Of a stretch of 64,000 nucleotides of DNA, positions 1-16,638 are shown piece after piece. Source of the stretch: the human T2T-CHM13v2.0 reference genome, Homo sapiens; NCBI RefSeq assembly GCF_009914755.1, contig NC_060930.1, one strand, 5' to 3'. Under the pieces are notes generated by a model. The model ran no database searches and was not told the origin of the DNA. It worked only from the letters and a program-made list of their open reading frames with translations. A program made the translations under genes and the position numbers. The first letter of the stretch is position 1, and every line of letters starts with the position of its first letter.

Positions 1-439
1 TTCCTGTTGTTGTGTGTCCAAACTCTTAGGTTCAGTTCAAATTTCCCTCTACAAAGCTTCCCTAATCCTACCCCTGCTGGAGGCCAGAAGGGTCTGAGTA
101 CCCATAATGCTTTGTCAGTACCACTCCCAGGACAGTTTGACTTTCTGCCCTATGTCATTGAGGTTCATATCTAATCTCATCATTGGGCAGAAAACTCCTT
201 CAGGTCAGCATCTGCCATGGATACCTTTTCCCAGCTCACATTTCCTAGTTCTGTGCAGATGTAAGTAACAGAGTCAATGTCACCTGGTATGTTATTCAAA
301 CCCAGTACTCAAAAACAAAAATACTACAAACAAAAGTGCCACTGTGAGCCATTAATCTTTCATAGAATATTCAAAATTTCATAGTAAGTCATATCTCCTC
401 TATGCATTTTCTCTTCTAGGAAAAGGCAGCTATAAATAC

Positions 440-541
440 CTCTATTTGTTCTGCTACGGGCTGTTCAAACACATTTGCCAGTTTTTGCAGAATGATGTAT
501 TTGTTGTCAGCCAGTGATGTAAACAGCACTTTCAGATCATT
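440..541 (-). CDS. SYNE1: SYNE1 coding exon (~105), 102 nt, NDLKVLFTSL...AEQIE
   Basis: ccttag|AAT acceptor, GAG|gtattt donor, continues the frame. Confidence 0.93.
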
Positions 542-1263
542 CTAAGGAGGAAAGCAACGGGAAAACTCAAAATGTGTAACAGGGAATTCAAAATACTTGT
601 AAATATAACACAGATTCTAAGAAATAACATAGAGGCACAGAAATTTAATTTCCAGGAGAAACAATACTGTGCTATGGGAAGGTAAAAGGAACTGGTAACA
701 ATTTACTTATGTGCTAAAACTGACTCCTGAAGAATCTGTTACCCAAAGTATTTTCTACATAACACAAATGAAGTTGAACCATACATGTAAAAAGCAACGC
801 TTGTCACCCTAATCTCATTACATCCGAAATAAATGAGCACAGTCAAACATTGCACAGAAATATTATATTAGTGGCTCTTATCTAGGGAAATAACCTATAG
901 GTGTTATCCTGATTTGGGAAATAATATGATACTTAAGAATCATATGATTTCCATTTTGCTCTCTCCTCTTCTTCCCTCCCTCCATCAGTTTCTTCTTCTA
1001 TTTTTGGAAAATTTGCACAAGCTTTAAAAAAGCCATCCAGAAGTTTAGAAAATAAATATTATCCATGATGGCCAAAAACATGTGAAGAGACAACACAAAA
1101 AGATCTTGTTAGGTATTTTGTTCAAAAATATTACTCATTTAAATGTCCAAATATATTTATATTGAGTTAGATTTGTATAAAAAGGAGACAACTATCAGAA
1201 CTTTGGTACTTAATTCCACAGGGAATAATAAATTAGAAGAATATTTAAATTATAAAAAATTTT

Positions 1264-1543
1264 GGCCAGGTGCAGTGGTTCATCTCTGTAATACCAGAAT
1301 TTTGGGTGCCTGAGGCAGATCACTTGAGGCCAGGAGTTCAAGACCAGCCGGGGCAACACAGTGCACCCGGTCTCTACAAAAAGTTTAAAAAAAAAATAAG
1401 TGGACACAGTGGCATGCCTGTAGTCCTATCTACTTGGGAGGCTGAAGTGGAAGGATCCCTTGAGTTCAGGAGTTTGAGGTTGAAGTGAGCTATGATCACG
1501 CCACTACATGCCAGCCTGGGTGACTTTATCTCAAAAAAAAAAA
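1264..1543 (+). mobile_element. Alu (J-like)
   Basis: Dimeric Alu body with A tail. Confidence 0.85.
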
Positions 1544-2204
1544 ATTACCAAAAAAATGTATTTTTTTCTCTAAAATATCAACAAATAAGTTCTATTTCAT
1601 AATAGTCAGCAAAAATATATTTGTCAGAGGTTAAAGCTCAACTCAGGACCTCTTTACCAGGGCCTGATCACGCACATCACCAACATGCAAACATTCTGAC
1701 TGTCTAATGAGTGGAAGGATAATCGTACCAAGGAAGAAAAACATCTATAAGAACATGTGAAGGCTTTATAATGTAAATTCAGGTCTAAAAAGCAAAATAA
1801 TGGGTGCATTATGCAGTAAAAATTATAAAATTGAAAATATAGCGCTGAACATGAGAACTAGAATAGTTGCCACTAACCAAAACTCAAAGCAATCTGCAAG
1901 TCTAGTGGCTAACTAAATAGGAAATTATAATAACAGCCCTGGAAAAATCCTAGAAACAATAGTTTTACATATGAGTTACTAGGTCTGTATCATTCAACTG
2001 TGTTCAGAGTAAGGTCACGTGGGCCATTAAAACCATCACACATTTATCTGTTTTTAAACCTAGTAAAAGATGTCCTGCATTCACTTGAACAGAAGCCTAC
2101 ATTATCTACATATGTGTGTATAGTGACATTCGTCCAGTTAATCTAAATGAGTAGCTAAGTATATATAACATAACATGGGTTAGAAATGAAGAGTGCATAG
2201 ATAG

Positions 2205-2586
<382 letters not shown>

Positions 2587-2755
2587 TAGGAAACACAGAG
2601 TTCATATTTCTGGAAGTCAGACTGATTATTGGGAGAGACTAGTCAAGAAGATAGTAAAGCAAAGAATATGATTGATTTTAAAATTACTAAATAAAAACTT
2701 TAAGAGGTGCTAGTAATCACATGGATATTGACATTTTCTTAAAAATAAAAATGCA

Positions 2756-3136
<381 letters not shown>

Positions 3137-3265
3137 TTACAAACATAAAATACATCACTTTTTTTTTCTTATAGTCACTGGAATTATTGGCAGGGCAAAA
3201 AGGAGCAGGATTCTAGCCATTGAGAAACAGATTTGCAGAAAGTTTCAAGCTTTAAAACCAGTTGT

Positions 3266-3612
<347 letters not shown>

Positions 3613-4619
3613 TCACTCATTCATTAAAGAATTCTTTCATTCATTTTCCAATTTTCAAAATAATTTACAATACACAATTATATGTTTGGGGAATTTGAGG
3701 TTACGTCCATGGGTAAAATTTTTGAAATACAAAATAGTTCATAATTGACTTTATTGTGATTCTATATATGTAATGTACATCTACATAACATCTATGCATC
3801 CTTCCAAATAGTCTTTTTGGTATAGAATAATGTTAGCAGTCTGGCAAAAGCTAATCCTGAAAGATTAAATGCAGAATGAAGGCATACCCTTCCAGTAACT
3901 GCTGAGGACTGACAGCATACCAAGGTGTTTGGTGCAAAGTTAAAACAAAAAGGAAAATAGTTTGTGACTTGACCTTTAATTATGTTAACATTGGAAAGTT
4001 TCTCTCAACTAAATTGGAACACAAATATTTTGAAATGTCTTTTTGTTCGTGAGCTGGCCACCAACAAATAGAAACTTGTTGGCAGAAGAAAAATAGAGAA
4101 CGTGATTTAAAGAGAATTCCATGATTCTCTTAGATCCTTAAAACAAAGTAAGTTCCAGAGCATTCATGCCTAATTCATATTTTACTGTGACTGGTGATAA
4201 TTACCAATAAAGTTTAAAAGTATGAAAGTACTAAAGATACTAAATGCAATTCACAAAAGATATGGGGAATGAGAGCAAAAGGGACTGCTGAGGCACTCGG
4301 GGATTCTGACTTGATCATCTTGGGGGCAGTAACTATCAGGGAAGACTGCTAGATAGCAGTGCCACTGACTCAGGGACAAGACTGAGTTGCTGGTGGTACC
4401 ATCAACTGGCAAAGGATATTGGATAAAATTTAAGAGACTCTAATGAAGGCCCACATTCTCCATCTTCCCTGAGATCACCCTAATATGATAAAATACAAAA
4501 ATATATATATTCTTTGAGTAAAATCCTGGCTCTAGTTCTTAATGGTTGAGTAACACTGAAGTAATTTAATCTTTCTCTTGGTTTTAGATCCTGTATCTCT
4601 TATAATACTACTACTAATA

Positions 4620-4870
4620 ACAATAACAACACTTGCTGAGTGTTTACTATGTATCAGGCACTGTTCAGAGTATTTTAAACACATCTCAACTCATTTCATC
4701 CTCACCACAGTCTATGAGGCAGTTAATATGAGTATGAGTTTGATTTGACAGTTGAGGATACCAAGGTTCATGGAAGTCAAGCCGCAAAGTTATACAGCAG
4801 TAAGTGACAAAGCCGGAATTTGAACCCAGACTGTTAGCTTTGGAGACTACATGTTTAATTTTTACTGTTC
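4620..4870 (-). mobile_element. MIR
   Basis: TGAGTGTTTACTATGTATCAGGCACTG...GGAATTTGAACCCAG. Confidence 0.7.
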
Positions 4871-5094
4871 TGACTTTGCAAAATTATTATCAGAACAACG
4901 TCTGCAGGATGTCGCAAAGATTAAAGACAATGAATATGAGAAAATATTTTGTGAATAAAAAAATGAAACTCAAATGTTTGTGATGGTTTTACTCTGTGGT
5001 TTTAAGAATGTAGACTACCAGAAGGCAGTGGTAATTTGTGCCTCGTGAAAATTCCATGTTTCTTGGCTAATGCTACATTTATGTGTAGTGGTTT

Positions 5095-5095
<1 letters not shown>

Positions 5096-5141
<46 letters not shown>
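5096..5141. repeat. Poly(T)~46 tract not attached to an Alu body
   Basis: Direct reading. Confidence 0.9.
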
Positions 5142-5143
<2 letters not shown>

Positions 5144-5476
5144 AAATCAAAACTCCACATGAAACTCTTGGCCCTAATGACATGTCTCTATTTTATAAAA
5201 TCTTTCATGTTGGTTAAAAATAACATTCAATTAAAACTTATGTATTCTCAAAGAGTGCTTTTTATTAGGAATGAAAAATCAGCACTAAAAGTTTATCAGC
5301 AGCTTTTGCATTTGTTCCGGTATATATTCATAGGAAAAGTTTCCTAAGCACACAATAAGAATTATAATATGGGGCTAAAAGGCAGTAAGTCTGAGGAGTT
5401 AGGACTGGAAAGTAACGTAACACATTTTAACACAGGTAGAAGTAATTAGACCACAGCCACTTTCAAAGACTCTTAG

Positions 5477-5830
<354 letters not shown>

Positions 5831-6160
5831 ATTTTCTGCATATTCTTTCGCAATGTGTTTAAACTCCGGTATTAGTAACTAAAAATTATAATTATAATGA
5901 TCCATAAATTTGACTTTTATTGATTGAATTCTATTCAGTCCTTAGTTTGAAGTGGGTGGTTTTCTCAACCTTCCATTTCTAGGAGCAAAAAATCTTTAGC
6001 TTCTAATCCTTTAATTCAACCCCCTTCATTTTCTACAATGCTCTTGTTCTTCATTACGCATTTAGAAAAACAACAACCAGGTCTGTAACACAGACTCGTG
6101 ACTGACTATTACTGAATACCTAGAGAATGGTCACGTATCCTTTGATAATATCTTACTTAC

Positions 6161-6370
6161 CTGGAAATTTAGTATTTGCTGAAGTCTTTCTTTCATCTGA
6201 TGACATCGTTGATTCACTACTGAGTCTAGCAAGGATAACCTGCCCAAAAGACAACCCAAAGTATCTTCAATAACATCTCGATTATCACCATTCTCTGGAA
6301 AAGCTTGGGAAAACAAGTTTTTGTTCTTATCCATTTCTTCAGACATTTCCTTAATGTCTTTGGCAAGAAT
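6161..6370 (-). CDS. SYNE1: SYNE1 coding exon (~104), 210 nt, ILAKDIKEMS...ILNFQ
   Basis: ctctag|ATT acceptor, CAG|gtaagt donor. Confidence 0.95.
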
Positions 6371-6871
6371 CTAGAGGTGATAAAAGGGCATTTTTCAGTG
6401 TTTAGATACATGAATTGATATGCAAATCATGTTATTTTCTCATAGAAAGTCAACTAGATCTCTCTGGCTGCTTAGTAATAATCAGACCTAAGACAACTGG
6501 AACCTCTTTCAAATACTTCTATACATTTCAGGAAGTTGCTCTCAGAGACTTTACCTCATTCACTAGTAATAATGAGCAATGTAAAGTGCTATTTAGGAAT
6601 TTGGTACTTTTTTTAAGCATGTGTTTCGTATTTGGAAGATTTGTGATACATAACAGTGTTTCTACAAAGAGTTTCCCATTTTTCCCTCATACTTACACAA
6701 GACAAAGAATGAAAATGCGAACTATAAATATTCTGCATTTAAGCAATTATGTTCTGCATTATTAGAATTGTTTTATGTTTGACTTTCTTTATGCATAAAA
6801 TTAATTATCCCATCAAAATGTCAAGTGCTTTGTAATGTTATACACACACAGGCAGGAACTACTAAACCTAC

Positions 6872-7027
6872 CTCTTGGTTGAAGAGACAAGTCTCTGTTT
6901 CTTCTGGTAAAAGTGCTGTGGCAACAAATAAACGTTCTTCAACGTCATCCAACCAAGTAGAGGTGGCTGAGACTCCATCATACAACTTCTGCTCCAAGTG
7001 TATACTCTGCCTCTTTGCCCCTCCACT
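6872..7027 (-). CDS. SYNE1: SYNE1 coding exon (~103), 156 nt, SGGAKRQSIH...LFNQE
   Basis: tcccag|AGT acceptor, GAG|gtaggt donor. Confidence 0.95.
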
Positions 7028-7098
7028 CTGGGAAACACAAAACAGGGTCAAATAATCAATTTCAGTGTTTTGAAAATCCAGGAAAAATATCAGGATGG

Positions 7099-7781
<683 letters not shown>

Positions 7782-7914
7782 TCAGCGCTTATCACTAGTG
7801 TTGGGTCTCATGCTCAGGGGTGGATGCAACAGTCTCACAGAGGCCAGGCAAATCAATACAAGCAAAACAAGACTCTTATAAACCAAGCCAAACACACTGA
7901 TAACACAGCCTTAC

Positions 7915-8046
7915 CTGGGATGAAACCTCCTCGAAGGCTTGGTTCAGTCCATCCAGCAAAGATGTAACTGCAGATTTATCTTGGGTTGGCACGTCCCCTT
8001 TGTACAGTGGCACACCAGACAAGAGTCGATTTGGCCTGCTATAAAG
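7915..8046 (-). CDS. SYNE1: SYNE1 coding exon (~102), 132 nt, LYSRPNRLLS...EVSSQ
   Basis: ctacag|CTT acceptor, CAG|gtaagg donor. Confidence 0.95.
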
Positions 8047-8279
8047 CTGTAGGCAAACAAAGGCAGCTTGTTGAAGAGCATATGCATTATGTCCCAGTAT
8101 TCTCATTTGGAAATGCATACTGAAATAGATGCTGAAAACACTGTCCATATGAAAATTTCTTCTAGAGAAATATAACTTCTACAACATACCATGTCCACTG
8201 AACACAGTGGCCAGATGCATCAATGGCAATGTTTCCATGGATGGATTTTTTTTTTTTAAGCAGTGGAAAAAAATGTCTG

Positions 8280-8824
<545 letters not shown>

Positions 8825-9783
8825 GATGACATTATAAAAAAAGAAAATTAAATTAAAAGGTGGCTTGCAAATTTTATGAAATAAATGACATTAAGACATA
8901 AATAAATTAGAAACAGAAAGGATGAGAACAGACATTGCTGAAAATGGAATCACTGGCATAGAGAAAACTCTTGCAATAATCAGATGAAAAGTAAATCCAA
9001 ATTTTAAAAAAACAAAGATCAGTACAACTAAAAATAAGTCAATAGGTATAGAAAAAAGATGATCTAACACAAGGATAATTGATGTCCCTGAAGCAGAGAT
9101 ATAATAAATATAGCATAAAATACATCTAAATCATGCCAAAAAATTCCCTAAAATTAATAAAAAAGCAAACCTTGATTCTTAAATATAAAAAAAGTACATT
9201 GTGTTACAGGAAAAATATGATAGCAGAACACTCAACATCAAACATAGCCTAGATAAGCTGTTGAAACTTAAAGAAAACTAAATAATTCTTCTGGCATCCA
9301 TACAGAGAACAATGACAAAAAATAAATAAGGGGAAAAATAGTAGACTGATGTTAGATTTTTCTAAAGCGTCATTCAATGCCAGAAGAGAAAAATAGATAT
9401 AAATACAAATTCTGAAGGGATAAAAGTATGACAGAAAACTGTCCATCCAATATAGAGGCAACTAGCTGATATTCCCAAACATGATAGAACCTGAGTTTTC
9501 TTGAAAAAAGTTATTTGACAATGAAATTAATACCTGAGAGCTGGATCAAAATTAAAAATTTAGGAATTAAAAAGATATGCTGAAAGGATTGGTTATGAGC
9601 ACTGAGGAATTTAAAGATTAAATTGATTTACAGAATATGGGAATTGTTACAATTGTTCCTTTTCATTTTCATCTTTGCACTTGGCTGCATTATGCGAATT
9701 ATTATAATGCATATATGTAGTTTTTCAAAATAATAGAGTAATTTTTCTTAAAATTGACTAAATAAAGTTATTAGCAATCATAA

Positions 9784-10325
<542 letters not shown>

Positions 10326-11943
10326 ATCAGTCTCTTTTGACTTTTCAAAATACCTCCTCACCTTTCAGGCTGACTACTCATGATCCTGTAAATATGCCAA
10401 GCCCATTCCCCATTGCAGCTGGGATATCCTCCACCCAGCATCCCCTTAAAATCTACTACTTTAATTTCCATACCGATCATAGCAACTTTTGACTATTTTT
10501 TCTTAACCTTTGTTTCCTTTGAATTCCTGCTTATGGATCCTGTCATAGTTGCCTAATTTTTTTTTTAGAAATGTATGCACTATTTCCTTATTCGGGTTAT
10601 AGGTTCTCAGAAGCAGGAGCTGTATTTCACCCTGAAGCCAAGTAGGTTGTTGTGCATGGAAGCATTAAATACATTGGAAGTAAACAGATTAAGAAAAATT
10701 GCTCTAAGAGGTTAGTGCCCTTTGACCTAGTGAACTTTAGGCCAAAATGTGCCTGTTTTTACATATGAAACTAGTAAGTATTTCTAGGATACAAAATTGC
10801 CATTAAGGTAGTATGAAAGAGGAGGGACTTAGGTAACAGAGATATCGGCTTCCTGATTCCAGATTCACCTCTTCTTAGTCGCAAGACCCTCTCTAAGCCT
10901 CAGTTTCCAGGTCTACAAAGTAGAGATAATATTGACCTCACCACAACGTTGTTAGCGATGTTAACACCTAGAACTTAAAATGTGCTCATTATATGATCAC
11001 TCCTTTCTGCCTGGAAACTGACAGCTAAATTGCTTCTTCCCTCTCTTTTCCTTCACCTTTTCACACCACAGAGAGGAAAACAACCTATGAGGCACTTTGT
11101 ACAAATGACCAGCGATTGCTGAAACAAAGCACTCAAATGCAAAAATGTCATTAAAAAAAGAACATTCAATGCTTTTATTTCTAATCCAAAGGCAAGGGAG
11201 GCACAACATGAACCTAAATTTGAACAGTCCAGGTATTGTGGAATGTCAGTGGCAGCAGGGCAAGGTTTGTTCAGTAAGCACAGCATGGAGGACGCTGGAG
11301 TGTCGGCTCCAACTGAGAGCAAAAGCAGCTCTTGAAGATGAAAGCGGGTAATGGATGAGACCTCCAGGAGGTCTGCAGATGCCGGACGAATCACACAGGT
11401 GCTTTATGAATGGAGAATAATACGCAAGCACAGAATCTAGAAATATCGTAGATTTCTCTAACTTAAGATAGTCAGAAAAGACTGCAGTCCCTGATTCAGA
11501 ACTGTACATACCTCTCCTATTCAAAGGATTGGAGGGATACTAGAATATGAAGGGAGAGCTAGCAGTCAAGTCCAGAAGATCCGTATCAGGAACAAGGAAT
11601 TTGAGCTATGAGTCTGGAGGACATTTTATCAGGGATTTGAGGAAGGATGAATTAAAATACAGGGAGGAGGTCCACGCAAAAAGTATAGGGCACCATTTGC
11701 CAGGGTGGATACGATTCTGGGACACCTGCTTCCAGGAATACAGTGCTTTAAGTTTCCCAGGGCAGAGCTGGTGGCTATTTCTGCAGACAGAGGTAAAGAA
11801 GCCTCCTGGCCAGAGAGGGAAAGTGAGGGGGCAGAAAATTCACAAAAGCATGTGCTTTTATAAAAACAGAATAGAAAGCGTGGCTCTGGAGAGACGTATG
11901 TGTGGCTATCCACAGATGACAGGACACCTTATGACCTTCAGAC

Positions 11944-12260
11944 CAGCGATCCCCAACCTTTTTGGCACCAGGGGTTGGTTTCTCGGGGGTGGGAGAGACG
12001 GTTTTAGAATGAAACTGTTCCACCTCAGATCATCAGGCATTAAATTCATAATAGAAGCATGCAACCTAGATCACTCACAAGCATAGTTCACAATAGGGTT
12101 CACATTCCTATGAGCATCTAGTGCTGCTACTGTTCTAACCAGGAAGCAGAGCTCAGGCAGTAATGCTCACCTGCCTGCCGCTCACCTCTTGCTGTGAGGT
12201 CCAGTTCCTAACAGGCCACGGACCCATACCTGTCTGCAGCCTGGGGGTTGGGAAGCCCTG
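11944..12260 (-). mobile_element. MER1B-like hAT-Charlie MITE
   Basis: Ends CAGCGATCCCCAACC...GGTTGGGAAGCCCTG; 8-bp TSD CTTCAGAC/CTTTAGAC; internal MER1 motifs. Confidence 0.85.
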
Positions 12261-13312
12261 CTTTAGACCATCTCCTTCCATTTAACTCTGGCAGGTTGCG
12301 CCTGCTTTCTAATGCCTACTTTCTCAGCTCCAGCGTTTCCCTCCTCCAATTCACTACAGTTATTGACACCCTTTGCTTCTGGTTTAGCCTCTCCCAGCCC
12401 CTAAGCTAGTTCTGGCCAGAGCAGAGAAACAGCAGCTTCCGCAGAGCAACAGGAAAGGTTTTAGAATTCACTCCGATAATACTGCTGACTTGGAATGAGC
12501 CTAGATGGACGCTGCTAGCCCAGGACAAAGGACTAGTCTTGTATCTGAAGAATTCCTCTGGGCCACAGCTGTGGTAGGCATCCCAGGCTGGCTTGTGTTC
12601 CTGACTCCCTCATTTGCCCTCTAACTTTCTAAGTCCTCTGACTTCCAGTTGTTCCCTGGCTTCTGCTTAGAGTGAAGTAATAGCCATTATCTGGAACCAT
12701 CTGTTGCTGTCTTCAATTCCCTTGGATTTGGCATGCCTGGTGGAACCAAGCCCGACAGCACACAGTATCCCTCCCAGGAACCAGCCTTGCAGATGGGTCC
12801 ATAACTATTCCAGCTGACCACTGGCTTCACTTCCCTGCCCTAGACCCACCAACGTCCCAATATGTTTCTCATTAAGATCTCCTGAAATTATTAAATACTG
12901 GAAGTGGCAATGGAAAATAAGATGGCCTCACAATTGAGTTCCAGATTTGTGGAAATCCTTCTGTCCTAGATGTGCATATCCTTGATTTCCATCCTTACTT
13001 TTTCAAGTTTGCAAAACACACACAAAAAGAGGGCACTTAAAATGTAATGGTTTAGGCTAATAAGGAATCAGATATTAATCATCTCTGAGGAAAAATATTG
13101 TCTATAAATCAAATAAATTTTCACATATAAATATATAATTATGAAGGGAAATGTGAAATAGACTTGTTAAGAAAAATGTAGAGTGAAAAATTGGTGTCAT
13201 GTCTTAGTTTGAAATTGATCATGAAAATTAAGTTGATTGCACAGTTATAATCCCTCAGCATAAACTCTACATCTTTTATATTAGTTAATATATAATGTAA
13301 AATATTTGATAC

Positions 13313-13469
13313 CACTTGCTCTTGTTCCTGTTCCAGAACATTCTGTAGTAGTTTCTGCTTGGTACTAAATTCTTGATGTAGGCTTTCCCATTTCATTCTC
13401 ATCTGGTCTTCAGCGGATGATTTCTCCCCTTCCATCCCCAACTCCTGGGATAACACATCAGGTTTTTCG
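13313..13469 (-). CDS. SYNE1: SYNE1 coding exon (~101), 157 nt, (G)EKPDVLSQEL...EQEQV
   Basis: taatag|C GAA acceptor (phase 2), GTG|gtatca donor. Confidence 0.93.
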
Positions 13470-13844
13470 CTATTAGAAGAATAAATAATCTAAGTTTACA
13501 ATGTGCACAAAAAAGTGATAAGACAGGTAACTTATTGTGTGTACCAGACCTGGCTTCTCAAATGAAATAAGATTACCTTAGTTATTAGCTTACACTTTAA
13601 AAATAACAAAAATGTTTAGGCCAATCATAAAGCAACTATATTCCTACTCATTGATAAACTGAACCATGTGCAGAAGGGATACTTAAAAATGCATTGAATA
13701 AAAATAATTGTAACATTTGGAATAAAAAATTATAGCACGATTACAGACTAGTATCCTTTGGCAAATAGCAGAAAAGTTAGTTCAAAACCTTAAAAATGTG
13801 TTAGTCTAGGGAGAGTTACGATTATGAGTCCAGAGAAAACACAG

Positions 13845-14592
13845 GACACAGGAGGGCGGTGCAGGACACAGGAGGGTACAACAGGACACAGAGAAATAGT
13901 ACAGGGCCTGGAAAGGTAGTACAGGACAGAGGAAGGATCGTACAGGACCTGGGAAGGTAGTACAGGGCATGGAGGGATAGTACAGGACCTGGGAAGGTAG
14001 TACAGGACACGGGAATGATCATACAGGAACTGCGAAGGTAGTACAGGGCATGGAGGTATAGTAACAGGGCCTGGGAAGGAAGTATAGGACATGGAGAGAT
14101 AGGACAGGACCTGAGAAGGTAGTAGAGGACCCTGAGGAGGAATAATACAGGACCTGGGAACGTAGTACAGGGCACGGAGGGATAGTACAGGGCCTGGGAA
14201 GGTAGCACAGGACACGGGGAGATAGTACAGGGCCTGGGAAGGTGATACAGGACATGGAGGGGTAATACAGGGTCTGGGAAGGTAGTACAGGACACGGAAA
14301 GATAGTACAGGGCCTGGGAAGGTAGTACAGGACATGGAGAGATAGTACGGGACCTGGGAAGGTAGTATAGGACACGGAAAGATAGTACAGGGCCTGGGAA
14401 GGTAGTACAGGACACAGGAATGATCGTACAGGATGTGGGAAGGTAGTATAGGGCATGGAGGAATAGTACAGGGCGTGGGAAGGTAGTGCAGGACATAGGA
14501 AGGATCGTATAGAGCCTGGGAAGGTAGTACAGGACACAGAGAGACAGTACAGCACCTAGGAAGGTAGTACAGGACACGGAGGGATAGTGCAG
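13845..14592. repeat. Minisatellite/VNTR of alternating 20-bp monomers forming a 40-bp dimer, ~18 dimers
   Basis: Units GGTAGTACAGGACACGGAGA and GATAGTACAGGGCCTGGGAA alternate, in register across 14161-14420. Confidence 0.93.
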
Positions 14593-14669
14593 AGAGATAT
14601 GGGAGGAAGGCCCTGCAGTGTCATCCTTAAAGGTAGGCAGCAATGTGACATCTGAGATTGGTATGGCTC

Positions 14670-14978
14670 TTATTTATTTATTTATTTTTGAGACAGGGTT
14701 TCACTCTGTCACCCAAGCTGGTGTGGACTCGTGTGATCACAGCTCACTGTACACTCAAACTGCTGGGCTCATGCAATCCTCCCACCTCAGCCTCCCAAGT
14801 AGCCTCCCAAGTCTGGTATGCACCACCAGACTTGGCTAATTTTTTTTTTTTTAATTCTTTGTAGAGACAGGGTCTCACTATGTTTCCCAGGCTGGTCTGG
14901 AACTCCTGAACTCAGATGATCCTCCTGCCTCAGCCTCCCAAATTTGTGGATTTCAGGAGTGAGCCACCATGGCTAGCC
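14670..14978 (-). mobile_element. Alu (J-like)
   Basis: Diverged Alu body. Confidence 0.85.
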
Positions 14979-14989
14979 AAGTTTAACTT

Positions 14990-15195
14990 TTAGAGTGAGA
15001 CAGACCTGGATTATGACCCTCCCTCTAGCACATTATCTGTGACACTGGGGTAATTTGTTTCACTTCTCTGTGCCTCAATCTTCTCATCTTTAAAATGAAG
15101 ATAGTATCTACCTTGCATGATTATGAGAATGAAAGAGAATACATGCATAAGGCCTATAACCCTATCTGGGAAATAATGGCCACTCAATAAATGGG
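14990..15195 (+). mobile_element. MIR
   Basis: CTCTGTGCCTCAATCTTCTCATCTTTAAAATG core, ending CACTCAATAAATG. Confidence 0.7.
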
Positions 15196-15215
15196 GGTTA
15201 ATAATGACGAAAATG

Positions 15216-16638
<1,423 letters not shown>

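Noticed and set aside
6135-6143. GTATCCTTT, a U12-type donor consensus near exon ~104
   Set aside because: It is on the + strand, antisense to SYNE1. The exon ~101 donor GTATCA also fails the U12 consensus.
11358-11374. Short palindrome AGACCTCC-A-GGAGGTCT
   Set aside because: An 8-bp arm is expected by chance in 64 kb and there is no supporting context.
11547-12086. 179-aa plus-strand ORF
   Set aside because: Its 3' part is MER1B-derived and I see no recognisable domain or splice structure.
13139-13312. Open frame continuing ~57 codons past the weak exon ~101 donor
   Set aside because: I found no sense-strand AATAAA/ATTAAA shortly downstream, so a terminal exon is unsupported.
13845-14592. 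CRISPR-like look of the alternating 20-bp units
   Set aside because: Both alternating units are homologous to each other and recur, there are no unique spacers or cas genes, and the context is a primate intron.
13790-14643. Long ORFs of 181, 273 and 178 aa on the minus strand
   Set aside because: They are the VNTR read in overlapping frames; the unit lacks stops on that strand and the peptides are low-complexity.
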